From the NCBI GenBank assembly GCA_964421015.1, contig CAYQUS010000001.1, positions 428,726 to 492,725 of the forward strand: a DNA stretch of 64,000 nt, given 5' to 3'. A program made the translations under genes and the position numbers. Below the pieces are notes generated by a model. That model worked only from the letters and a program-made list of their open reading frames with translations. It was not told the DNA's origin and did not search any database. Positions within the stretch are counted from its first letter, which is position 1, and each line of letters starts with the position of its first letter. Source of the DNA: an uncultured Planctomycetia bacterium (GTDB taxonomy: Bacteria > Omnitrophota > Gorgyraeia > Tantalellales > Tantalellaceae). Shown here piece by piece: positions 1 through 8,122 of the stretch.

Positions 1-56
1 AAGGTAAAGATTTAACCCGGAGGCCCAGGTGCCTCCCATGAGCACTCCCAGTGTAC

Positions 57-701
57 TTAGCGCGTCCATCCCCTCCCTCCCGAATTTTGTTGCTTTTCGA
101 ACCCGGTTTTCTCAATAGCTGCCCCGGCGGCGATATTTATAGGAAGCATTCTCCGGCCAAGATCCGTTCCGGAGCTCATAACTCTTATTGAATAGTCCGT
201 CATATTGGAGGGATGCCGGATATCGGATAGTACGCTGAGAGCTTTTTTGTACTTTTCGGGATAATGTTCCTTGATCACCTTGCAGCTTCCGTAGACATAT
301 TTCCCGTTCTTGTCCTTCACGGTAAAAAAACCGAACAACCTGCAAATAAGGGGCCTGTACCGGTAAACCACGCATCTTCCGTTACCTTCAGCGTCCGGGT
401 CCTCTTGAAAAAAAACACATTTCCCCGCGCCGGTACTGTTTATCCGGTCAAGCCACTTTTCCGCCTCGCCTTTCTTCCAAAGTTCCTCAGCAAGTGGCAT
501 CATCTCCATTGCCGTCGTCTCAACTGCCGATGAGGCGCAGCATTTACCGCACTTTTCCGGGCAGGAAATCCCGGTCATTGCCACAAATTCAGCCGACCTC
601 GCGTCCACCTCGGAAAAAAGCTCCATTATTCCCGTCACTATCGCTCTTGAGTTCTCCGAAAGAAAATCTTCCGTTTTATCCTTATCGTTGTCCGTTTTCA
701 A
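57..701 (-). CDS. YkgJ/UPF0153-family putative Fe-S/zinc-chelating protein
   Basis: 214-aa ORF; Cys cluster CPEKCGKCC plus later Cys pairs typical of the YkgJ (PF03692-like) family. Confidence 0.5.
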   Translation of the reverse strand: MKTDNDKDKTEDFLSENSRAIVTGIMELFSEVDARSAEFVAMTGISCPEKCGKCCASSAVETTAMEMMPLAEELWKKGEAEKWLDRINSTGAGKCVFFQEDPDAEGNGRCVVYRYRPLICRLFGFFTVKDKNGKYVYGSCKVIKEHYPEKYKKALSVLSDIRHPSNMTDYSIRVMSSGTDLGRRMLPINIAAGAAIEKTGFEKQQNSGGRGWTR

Positions 702-723
702 AAACTCCTCCTGAAAGCGAATT

Positions 724-1506
724 CTATCTAAGAAGCATGTCCCCGAGAACGGCTCCGGGATGACGGTATCTTTTTTTGCCCGCGGTGTTTTTCCCGAACT
801 CTATCGCTTCCCGCGGACACCATTGGAAACAGGCAAAACAGAGCTCACAGCGATGTTTCCATACCGGGCGTGAAAGCTCAAATTTTATATTATCGACCGG
901 GCACACCCTGGAGCATATGCCGCAGGCATCACATTTTTCGCTGGTAAAGAAATTCCTGTCCTCGCTATTCATCATCTTTCCCCCGAGAAAACCTACGGGT
1001 TCTCCGACAAGCCATCTTAAAAGAAAAGATCCCGTCTCGGGAGGATACTCAAGTCCGCTTCGCACTTTACTCGCTATCTCCTTTATCTTTTCCCCGGCTC
1101 GCCTGAAAAGTATCTCGCGCTTTTCACCGCAGGCGGCCTCACCGAAAGGGGTGTAATTGTTCGGCATGACCATACCGAACCCGGCCTTTGGCGAAAGACC
1201 TTTTCTCTTTAAAGATCTGTGCATCCTGCTTATCCCCGCCCCCTGGACTTTCGCGTAATTAGCCACTGTAAAAAGATACTGGTCTTTAGCCAGGTCCAGT
1301 TTTGAGATGAACCTTTCGACGATAAGAGGCACCCCGAAAGCGTATACGGGATGGACTATGCCCACGATCTGGGCTTTTGGGGATATTTTTTCTTCGCTGG
1401 CAAGACGGGCGATGGAAACGGCTTCCCCTCCCAGCTCTCCGGCTATCCCTCTGGCTATAAAAAGAGAGTTCCCTGTACCCGAAAAGTAATAGATAACGGC
1501 AGTCAA
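724..1506 (-). CDS. EFR1-family ferredoxin (flavodoxin-like domain fused to 2x[4Fe-4S] ferredoxin)
   Basis: N-terminal flavodoxin-like IYYFSGTGNS; C-terminal CDACGICSRVCP and CELCFACFQWCP ferredoxin motifs. Confidence 0.6.
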   Translation of the reverse strand: MTAVIYYFSGTGNSLFIARGIAGELGGEAVSIARLASEEKISPKAQIVGIVHPVYAFGVPLIVERFISKLDLAKDQYLFTVANYAKVQGAGISRMHRSLKRKGLSPKAGFGMVMPNNYTPFGEAACGEKREILFRRAGEKIKEIASKVRSGLEYPPETGSFLLRWLVGEPVGFLGGKMMNSEDRNFFTSEKCDACGICSRVCPVDNIKFELSRPVWKHRCELCFACFQWCPREAIEFGKNTAGKKRYRHPGAVLGDMLLR

Positions 1507-1593
1507 GTCGGCACCTCCGTTTTTGAACGTTATTTTCAGATCATATTATATCATGGTGTGAAGCTTTCCCGGGCGAAAAATGGAGGAAGCCGT

Positions 1594-1953
1594 TTACCGG
1601 CCGTATATCATTTTTACCGCTATCCCAAGAAGAAAAACACCGAATATCCTTCTTAAAATATGGTCTGGCACAGGCGAAACAAGGTACGCCCCCAGTAGAC
1701 CACCCACTATGAAACCTGTACATATCAGAGCCGCTATCCTTACATCCACATTACCGTCCCTGTAATATTTGATGGCAGCCAGAAGTCCTATGGGCGGTAT
1801 CATGAGAGCCAGGGTCGTGCCCTGGGCCTGGTGCTGGGTCAGGCCGAAAAAATAAACAAGTATGGGGATTATCACTACTCCCCCGCCTATACCCAAAAAC
1901 CCGCTGGCTATTCCCGCTATGAGTCCTACGACAATATAAGACACTATATCCAT
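1594..1953 (-). CDS. TauE/SafE (TSUP, DUF81) family small membrane permease
   Basis: 119 aa, Gly-rich predicted TM helices (GIASGFLGIGGGVVIIPIL), single TSUP repeat. Confidence 0.5.
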   Translation of the reverse strand: MDIVSYIVVGLIAGIASGFLGIGGGVVIIPILVYFFGLTQHQAQGTTLALMIPPIGLLAAIKYYRDGNVDVRIAALICTGFIVGGLLGAYLVSPVPDHILRRIFGVFLLGIAVKMIYGR

Positions 1954-1962
1954 TTTGTTCCT

Positions 1963-3396
1963 CTAGGTTCCTTTCTGCTTTTTCGCGCAGCCCCTGCAAG
2001 CGGAGCTCTTACCTGTCCAGCAGTACGTACAGAGTTTCTCCTCCGGCAAGCCTATGGCTTTGACCATATCCTCGAGAGTCTGATATCTGAGCGTGGTCAC
2101 ATTTATGTCCTTGCGGATCCACTCCACCATCATGGAGTATTTCCTTGAGCTTTCGTTTATGTACTCCGAAACGTCGTCCAGATCTCTGCCCTCGACGCTT
2201 TTTATGGCTTTACGAGCGGCAAGTTCGTTAACGGAACGGGTGGAAAGGCAGAATTTGCAGGGGAACATAAGCGGAGGACATGCCGCCCTGACATGCACTT
2301 CCTTCGCCCCGGAATCCCACAGTTTTTTTACCGTAAAATTCTTTAGCTGTGTGCCCCGCACTATGGAATCCTCGCATACTACTATCCTGTTCCCCTCTAT
2401 AACCTCTTTAATAGGGATAAGCTTCATGGTGGCCACCAGATCCCTTGTGGCCTGCGATGGAGGAGTATAGCTCCTACCGTAGCCGGGGGTATATTTTACA
2501 AGAGGCCTTCTCAAAGGTTTGCCTGACTCCATGGCATACCCCAGGGCATGGCCTATCCCGGAGTCGGGTATACCCGAGACAAGGTCCGCCTTTATGTCAG
2601 AATCCCGTTTTGCCAGAGCCTTCCCGCATCGCTCCCTCACTGTCTCGGAATTTATACCCTCATAACTTGAGGCGGGAAAGCCTGTGTATATCCACAAAAA
2701 AGAACATACCTGTTCCCTGTCGCCCGACTTTTTTTGCGTCGCCATGCCCTTTTCGTTTATGAGCACTATTTCGCCGGGACCAAGGTATTTGACTGTCTCG
2801 AAACCGTTATTCGGAAAAGCGCTGGTCTCGGAAGTTACAGCCCACGCGCCTTCTTTTTTCCCTACTACCAGGGAAGTGTAACCCGACCTGTCCCGCGCGG
2901 CATAGACCCCGTCGGAATTAAGTATCAGCATCGAGCATGACCCTTCTATCCTCTCAAAAACTTCGTTTATGCCGTCTATGAGGTCCTTTCCCGTACATAT
3001 TATCTTGGCGACAAGTTCCGTTATGTTTATCGACGTGGAGCTCATTTCACTGAAGGATACGCCTTTTTCCATAAGCTCTCCGGCCAGGGCTTCCGCGTTC
3101 TCGATAAGCCCGCTTGTGACTATGCAAAAAGGCCCGAACCGCGAGTTAAGGTACATGGGCTGTTCGTTGCTGTCGCTGATCACCCCTATTCCCCTGGTGC
3201 CTTTCATCTTCGCGGCGTCCTCGAAAAACTTGGATTTGAACTGGCTGTGACTTATGTTGTGTATCTGTCTGTGGAATTTTTCCCCGAGAACGGCCATCCC
3301 ACCGTACTCTGTGCCCATATGAGAGTGGTAATCCGTGCCGTACATCAAAAGTTCAGCGCAATTTTCCCTGGAAACAACCCCAAAAATACCGCTCAC
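1963..3396 (-). CDS. Amidophosphoribosyltransferase-like protein (PurF paralog) with Ser instead of Cys at the N-terminal nucleophile position
   Basis: 477 aa. PRTase motif VVCEDSIVRGTQ and GIPDSG match PurF; C-terminal Cys cluster CTYCWTGKSSACRGC resembles the B. subtilis PurF [4Fe-4S] ligands. GTG start with GGAGG RBS; sequence begins MSGIFG rather than MCGIFG. Confidence 0.6.
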   Translation of the reverse strand: MSGIFGVVSRENCAELLMYGTDYHSHMGTEYGGMAVLGEKFHRQIHNISHSQFKSKFFEDAAKMKGTRGIGVISDSNEQPMYLNSRFGPFCIVTSGLIENAEALAGELMEKGVSFSEMSSTSINITELVAKIICTGKDLIDGINEVFERIEGSCSMLILNSDGVYAARDRSGYTSLVVGKKEGAWAVTSETSAFPNNGFETVKYLGPGEIVLINEKGMATQKKSGDREQVCSFLWIYTGFPASSYEGINSETVRERCGKALAKRDSDIKADLVSGIPDSGIGHALGYAMESGKPLRRPLVKYTPGYGRSYTPPSQATRDLVATMKLIPIKEVIEGNRIVVCEDSIVRGTQLKNFTVKKLWDSGAKEVHVRAACPPLMFPCKFCLSTRSVNELAARKAIKSVEGRDLDDVSEYINESSRKYSMMVEWIRKDINVTTLRYQTLEDMVKAIGLPEEKLCTYCWTGKSSACRGCAKKQKGT

Positions 3397-3494
3397 TTTT
3401 ACCTCCAGAATTTTATAAAACCGGCCAGGCCGTTAAGATCTCCCGTGATAATTCTATCATGCCTTCGGAAAACTCCAAAGAGAAGGAAATGTCA

Positions 3495-4064
3495 CTACCC
3501 GGCCAACCGCTCCCCCAGCCGGAAAGCCTTCTCAAGAACGTCCTTGCGTGAAAGAGCGTCATGCCCGCTCTCAAGGCCTCCGAGAAAAAGCTCTTCATCG
3601 CAGGAAATATTCAGCGTGGCGAAAAAATGCCTCACCACCGCGGATGAGTTCCTGAAAAAATCTTCCCTCTCCTGAGCCTGCACAGAGATGAAAGCCCCTT
3701 TCTTCCTGTCGGGAAAGATGTCCCTGCCTCTTATGTTTTTTTCCATCCAGGCAAACTGAAAGCGGTCTATCATCATTTTCAGCTGCCCCGTGACGCTCCC
3801 GAAAAAAACAGGCGATGCTATTATCACCGCGTCGGAAGCCGAAATAACGTTTATTATGGAGCTAAGATCGTCGGAAACATCGTTCATTACAGAATCGAAT
3901 GTCGCCTCGTAATCCTGTTCTGTAATGGGGCGTATCCTCATGTCGGGAAGATCTATACGCTGCACCATCGCGCCCCGGGACGCGGCGCCTTCAAGGGCTT
4001 TTGCGACCACAAAAGACGTGTTGCCTCTTTTTCTGGGGCTTGAGTTTATAGCTAAGACCTTCAT
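3495..4064 (-). CDS. NADPH-dependent FMN reductase / flavodoxin-like flavoprotein
   Basis: MKVLAINSSPRKRGNTS N-terminus typical of the NADPH-dependent FMN reductase / Isf-like fold; its start overlaps the glgC stop as ATGA. Confidence 0.6.
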   Translation of the reverse strand: MKVLAINSSPRKRGNTSFVVAKALEGAASRGAMVQRIDLPDMRIRPITEQDYEATFDSVMNDVSDDLSSIINVISASDAVIIASPVFFGSVTGQLKMMIDRFQFAWMEKNIRGRDIFPDRKKGAFISVQAQEREDFFRNSSAVVRHFFATLNISCDEELFLGGLESGHDALSRKDVLEKAFRLGERLAG

Positions 4065-5317
4065 ATTACCGTACCGGGTTCTACCACGGCGTTCTTGGGG
4101 ATAACGGTTATTCCTTCCCTGATATAATAATTGGGGCCGTCGGCGTTCTCTATGTTCTTTTCGTTGAGTATCCTCACGCCGTCGCCTATGCGGACGTTCT
4201 TGTCTATGATCGCCTTTCGTATGTGGCAGTTCCTGCCGACACCAAGCCGAGGCAATCCCGAAAAAGTATCGGAGGCTATCTGCTCGGCGGTCTGGTAGTA
4301 GTCACAGCCCATTACGACCGTGTCTTCTATTATAGTGCCAGGCTCCACCCTGAAGCGCAGCCCTATGACGGATCGCTCTATCCTCGAGGAAAGTATGATA
4401 GCCCCCTCGGCCACTATGCTCTGCACCACCGAACAGTTCTCGAATTTAGCCGGTGAGAGGTACCTGGTGCGGGTGAATATCTGCCATTTCTCATCGAACA
4501 TGTCAATAGGAGGCAGAGGTTCGGTAAGAGCGAGGTTCTCGGAATAAAAACTTTTTATTGTCCCTATGTCCCGCCAATATCCTTCAAAAAGATACGCGAA
4601 GGTATTCTTTTTCTGTATGGCCTGGGGTATTATCTCTCTGCCGAAATCAACTTCCTTACCCTTAACAAGAAGGTCCACCAGAGCCTTTTTCCTGAAAAGG
4701 TATATCCCCATGGATCCCAGGAAATCCTTGCCTCCCAGGGCTTTCGGAAGAGCCATGTCCTTTATCTCGTCCAGGACCTTGGGTTTCTCCTTGAACCGGG
4801 TTATACGGCTTTCCTTATCTACTCCCATTATGCCAAGACCAGAAACTTCGCTTTCATGCACGTAGTTGCATGCGACCGTCAGGTCAGCCCCTTTCTCAAG
4901 ATGCCTCTGATACATTTCCCCGAGGTCCATTTTATACAGCTGATCTCCGGAAAGAACGAATATGTGCTGTATCGCCGGATCGTTGAAGTGTTTCAGGCAT
5001 CGCCGCACGGCGTCAGCGGTACCCTGGAACCAGTGGGTGTCCTCCATTGACTGTTCCGCGGCCATAACCTCGATGAACCCCTTGGAGAAGGTATCCATCT
5101 TGTAAGTTCGGCTTATGTGCTTGTTCAGGGACTCTGAAAGGAACTGGGTGAGAACGTATATACGGTTAAAACCGGAATTCAGGCAATTGCTTACGGGAAT
5201 ATCGATAAGCCTGTACTTACCCAGAAGAGGAACAGCCGGCTTACACCTCTCTTTTGTAAGAGGAAAAAGCCGGGTTCCCTGTCCTCCGCCTAATATTACC
5301 GATAAAACCTGTTTCAT
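4061..5317 (-). CDS. glgC: Glucose-1-phosphate adenylyltransferase
   Basis: ILGGGQGTRLFPLTKERCKPAVPLLGKYRLIDIPVSNCLNSG signature plus left-handed beta-helix C-terminus. The ORF track starts at a TTG at 5377; the ATG at 5317 (MKQVLSVILGGG) with an AAGGGA RBS is preferred. Confidence 0.85.
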   Translation of the reverse strand: MKQVLSVILGGGQGTRLFPLTKERCKPAVPLLGKYRLIDIPVSNCLNSGFNRIYVLTQFLSESLNKHISRTYKMDTFSKGFIEVMAAEQSMEDTHWFQGTADAVRRCLKHFNDPAIQHIFVLSGDQLYKMDLGEMYQRHLEKGADLTVACNYVHESEVSGLGIMGVDKESRITRFKEKPKVLDEIKDMALPKALGGKDFLGSMGIYLFRKKALVDLLVKGKEVDFGREIIPQAIQKKNTFAYLFEGYWRDIGTIKSFYSENLALTEPLPPIDMFDEKWQIFTRTRYLSPAKFENCSVVQSIVAEGAIILSSRIERSVIGLRFRVEPGTIIEDTVVMGCDYYQTAEQIASDTFSGLPRLGVGRNCHIRKAIIDKNVRIGDGVRILNEKNIENADGPNYYIREGITVIPKNAVVEPGTVI

Positions 5318-5427
5318 CCCTATTTTCCCTTCCGGCGGCAACTCCGTCTTCCAGGTGCCGCTCTCAACAAAGACCAAGTTTTACCGGATATCCCGCTTGT
5401 ATGGACCCTAATCGCTGTTTACGCGAG

Positions 5428-5655
5428 TTACATTTTGTACTTTGCTCTGACGTACTGTTCCGCCCTGAACCAGTCGGAATGGTCATCGCCGTGGCTCCCG
5501 CCTCTTTCAAGGTAGAACTCATAAGCTTTCTTGGCTATAAGACCGTTAAGCTCTTCGTTGCTCAGCTTTTTGAGCGATACAGAGGATGATTTTTTAGCTG
5601 CCGATGTTGTTGACATCGTCCTCTTGACAGTTTTTTTGACTTCTTTCTTTACCAT
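5428..5655 (-). CDS. DUF2934-like small protein
   Basis: 75 aa, lysine-rich N-terminus, C-terminal DWFRAEQYV motif. Confidence 0.4.
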   Translation of the reverse strand: MVKKEVKKTVKRTMSTTSAAKKSSSVSLKKLSNEELNGLIAKKAYEFYLERGGSHGDDHSDWFRAEQYVRAKYKM

Positions 5656-5785
5656 GTTACTCCGCCTCCTTGAATTTTGTAACAGTTCTTATTTTTTCTG
5701 GCTTCCCCATCCTGAACGCTCCCGATCAGGCAATATCCTCTTTTCCTGTCATCGGAAAAGTCGTTCCGGAAGGGAACCTCTTTTT

Positions 5786-7369
5786 CTACCTGGCATAAAC
5801 ACTGTAATCTATATCCCGGAACACCGAGAGTTTTCTCTCGGCTTCCTCTATCATCCCTATGTCCAGCCTGCCCTCTCTCAGCTGCTGATGTATAGCGAGG
5901 AATCTGCCGATATGGTCCCTTGTACGATTAACGGCGTATTCCACAAAAGTACCGGTTTTCATTATAAAAGCCCAGTCGCTTGACTGCGCCAATAGAAGCT
6001 CCCTGGCCATCTGGTTCAGAGCTCGCCTTTCGGCGGGAGTAGGCGTTCTGTAAGCTCTGGCGTCATCCGTCATTATCTCGGCCATCTTATGCAGATGTTT
6101 GTATATCCAGTCGTTACAACCGTCAAGCCAGACTTCGTTGTAACCTTTGTAACCCCATGTACTGGCCGATGGCTCCATGACCGGGAACCTGTCGTAAAGC
6201 TTGAGGAATTCTCCCGGCGTTATGCTCTTTATGTTGTCCTGGTCAAAGTGCATCTTTCTGAAAAGATACCCCAGCCACTCCGGGCCTTCGAACCACCAGT
6301 GCCCGAAAAGCTCGGCGTCATACGGAGAAACTATTATCGGTTTTCTGTCCATCATCCCGGAAAGATACTCAACCTGCTTTTCCCTGTTGAACATAAAATT
6401 CCCGGCGTGGTCGGCGGCCCTTGACATAGCCTCGGAACGGTTGTAAAGATCTTTATAGTCAGAGTCACCCGTTATCCGATGGTATTTTATCCCGGTATTT
6501 ATCCTTGTTCCGCAGCTGTTGATAAAGGGCTTTATATAATCGTAGTCCAGATCGAAACCTATATCCCTGTAGTACTCTCTGTAATGATAATCTCCGGGGT
6601 ATCCTTCTTTGGAGCTCCATACGGCTTTTGAGCTCTCCATATCCCGGCCGAACACGGCCACTCCGGATTTACAAAGGTAAGGGCTGTGTACCCCGTACTT
6701 CGGCCTGGGAGACCCGAAAAGCACACCGTGCGTCTCCACGAAAAAGTACCCTATTCCGAATTCCTTGAGTATCTCGTCATGGCCCGGGTGGTACGCGCAT
6801 TCCGGAAGCCATATCCCTTTGGGATTTGAATTAAAATACTTCCTGTAGGTATTGACGGCTATCTCTACCTGAGCTCTTACAGCCGGGCGATAAAGGTCCA
6901 TAAGCGGCAGAAAACCGTGTGTGGCGCAGCAAGTTATAACCTCTACTTTTCCCAGATCCTGGAACTTCTTAAAAGCCGACACTAGATCGTGAGAGTATTT
7001 GTCGCAAAAAACAGTTTTGGCTGTCCTGAACCTGTCCAAATACATTACAGCCAGGTCGTTGACCCTTTTATCCGAACGTGTACGCTCCACCTCGAGCTGA
7101 GCCAGAGTGATCAATTTGTCGAGATGGCGAAGGTACCTGGCTACAAGAAGATCGTCCTTGAGCATCTCTATGAGCGTGGGGCTCAGAGAAACAGTTATGT
7201 GGAAATCCACACCGTCGGAAACCAGCCCGTCAAAAACGTTTATGAGGGGTATATAGGTGTCCGTGATAGCCTCGAAAAGCCAGTTCTCCTCGAGAAAACT
7301 CTCATGTTCCGGGTGTCTTATGAACGGGAGATGGGCATGCAGAACAAGTGCCAGATAACCTTTTGCCAT
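5786..7369 (-). CDS. GH57 family 1,4-alpha-glucan branching enzyme
   Basis: LVLHAHLPF GH57 start motif, ~527 aa, DUF1957-like C-terminus. Start moved to the ATG at 7369 (MAKGYL), 2 nt after the upstream gene's stop. Confidence 0.75.
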   Translation of the reverse strand: MAKGYLALVLHAHLPFIRHPEHESFLEENWLFEAITDTYIPLINVFDGLVSDGVDFHITVSLSPTLIEMLKDDLLVARYLRHLDKLITLAQLEVERTRSDKRVNDLAVMYLDRFRTAKTVFCDKYSHDLVSAFKKFQDLGKVEVITCCATHGFLPLMDLYRPAVRAQVEIAVNTYRKYFNSNPKGIWLPECAYHPGHDEILKEFGIGYFFVETHGVLFGSPRPKYGVHSPYLCKSGVAVFGRDMESSKAVWSSKEGYPGDYHYREYYRDIGFDLDYDYIKPFINSCGTRINTGIKYHRITGDSDYKDLYNRSEAMSRAADHAGNFMFNREKQVEYLSGMMDRKPIIVSPYDAELFGHWWFEGPEWLGYLFRKMHFDQDNIKSITPGEFLKLYDRFPVMEPSASTWGYKGYNEVWLDGCNDWIYKHLHKMAEIMTDDARAYRTPTPAERRALNQMARELLLAQSSDWAFIMKTGTFVEYAVNRTRDHIGRFLAIHQQLREGRLDIGMIEEAERKLSVFRDIDYSVYAR

Positions 7370-7371
7370 GA

Positions 7372-7986
7372 CTACCTTTTCTTCCTGATTAGATCGGGAC
7401 TGGAAAACATCCCGGAGGTAACGCCCCCCGAGGAGAGCCATTTCTTCAGATACCTTTCCATCACTTCCCTTAGTTCAAGGGAGCTCCTTCCTACCTCTGC
7501 GCCTCCGGAAACGGCGAACATCTTGTAGTAAAGCTCTTCCGGGCACATCCATTCGCCTTCGCTTGTTTCGGACATGTAATTTGCCGGGGTCTTCACCCTG
7601 TTTGACCTTGCAAGCCTGAAGAACTCTCCGTTATCCGCTATTATTCCTATGTCTACCAGCCACTCTCTTCCAGGCTGGTCAACATGTATGTACCAGCTTG
7701 TAACCCATCCCCTTAGCTCGAACTCGCTTACAGCGGTAAGATAGGGTTCGTTATCGTTTCCTGAAGCCTGGTAAAGCCTGATGACGCTCTTGACGGGATT
7801 CAGCCCTTTTTCCCTTATCGCAGCCTTTACTCTGTCTTCAACATCGTTACGGATCTCCCAGTACGAAAAAACCGTCCATGGGTCTCTTGTCATAAGAACT
7901 ATTTTGTTGTCGCCATAGTGGTGGGGTATATCGAAAGCCCTTTCTGTATAACGGTATGAATCTACGGGGGTTCGCTGGTCTTTCAT
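7372..7986 (-). CDS. DUF4912 domain protein (glycogen-locus associated)
   Basis: 204 aa with a YWEI motif; a family that recurrently sits next to GH57 branching enzymes. Confidence 0.5.
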   Translation of the reverse strand: MKDQRTPVDSYRYTERAFDIPHHYGDNKIVLMTRDPWTVFSYWEIRNDVEDRVKAAIREKGLNPVKSVIRLYQASGNDNEPYLTAVSEFELRGWVTSWYIHVDQPGREWLVDIGIIADNGEFFRLARSNRVKTPANYMSETSEGEWMCPEELYYKMFAVSGGAEVGRSSLELREVMERYLKKWLSSGGVTSGMFSSPDLIRKKR

Positions 7987-8068
7987 TTCTATCTCCGTTT
8001 GGCGCTTTCGTCGCCTGATCGGCTTTATGCGTTTAAGGGATTTAAACGCAATTTCCTAACTCGAATGG

Positions 8069-8097
8069 ATTTTAGCTCTAAGATGCGTCTTTGTCAA
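8069..8097 (-). promoter_or_regulatory. Sigma70-like promoter (TTGACA-17-TAAAAT) upstream of the DUF4912/GH57 branching-enzyme pair
   Basis: Minus strand: TTGACAaagacgcatcttagagcTAAAAT; the 5' UTR downstream contains a 9-bp AT-rich palindrome TGCGTTTAA-N5-TTAAACGCA (8028-8050). Confidence 0.4.
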
Positions 8098-8122
8098 CTA
8101 TAAATATTTGAGAGTCAAGAAG

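Noticed and set aside
1-56. GGGAGGC-ACCTGG-GCCTCCC hairpin just beyond the YkgJ-like stop; possible terminator, or the start of another minus-strand gene (ATG at 38-40 preceded by GGGAG)
   Set aside because: Too close to the window edge to decide; the hairpin lacks a clear U-tract and the alternative ORF runs off the window.
3413-3598. Small ORFs (60-140 aa) between or overlapping purF-like and the flavoprotein gene, and a 60-aa ORF at 60618-60800
   Set aside because: No RBS, no recognisable motifs, overlap promoter or UTR regions of well-supported genes.
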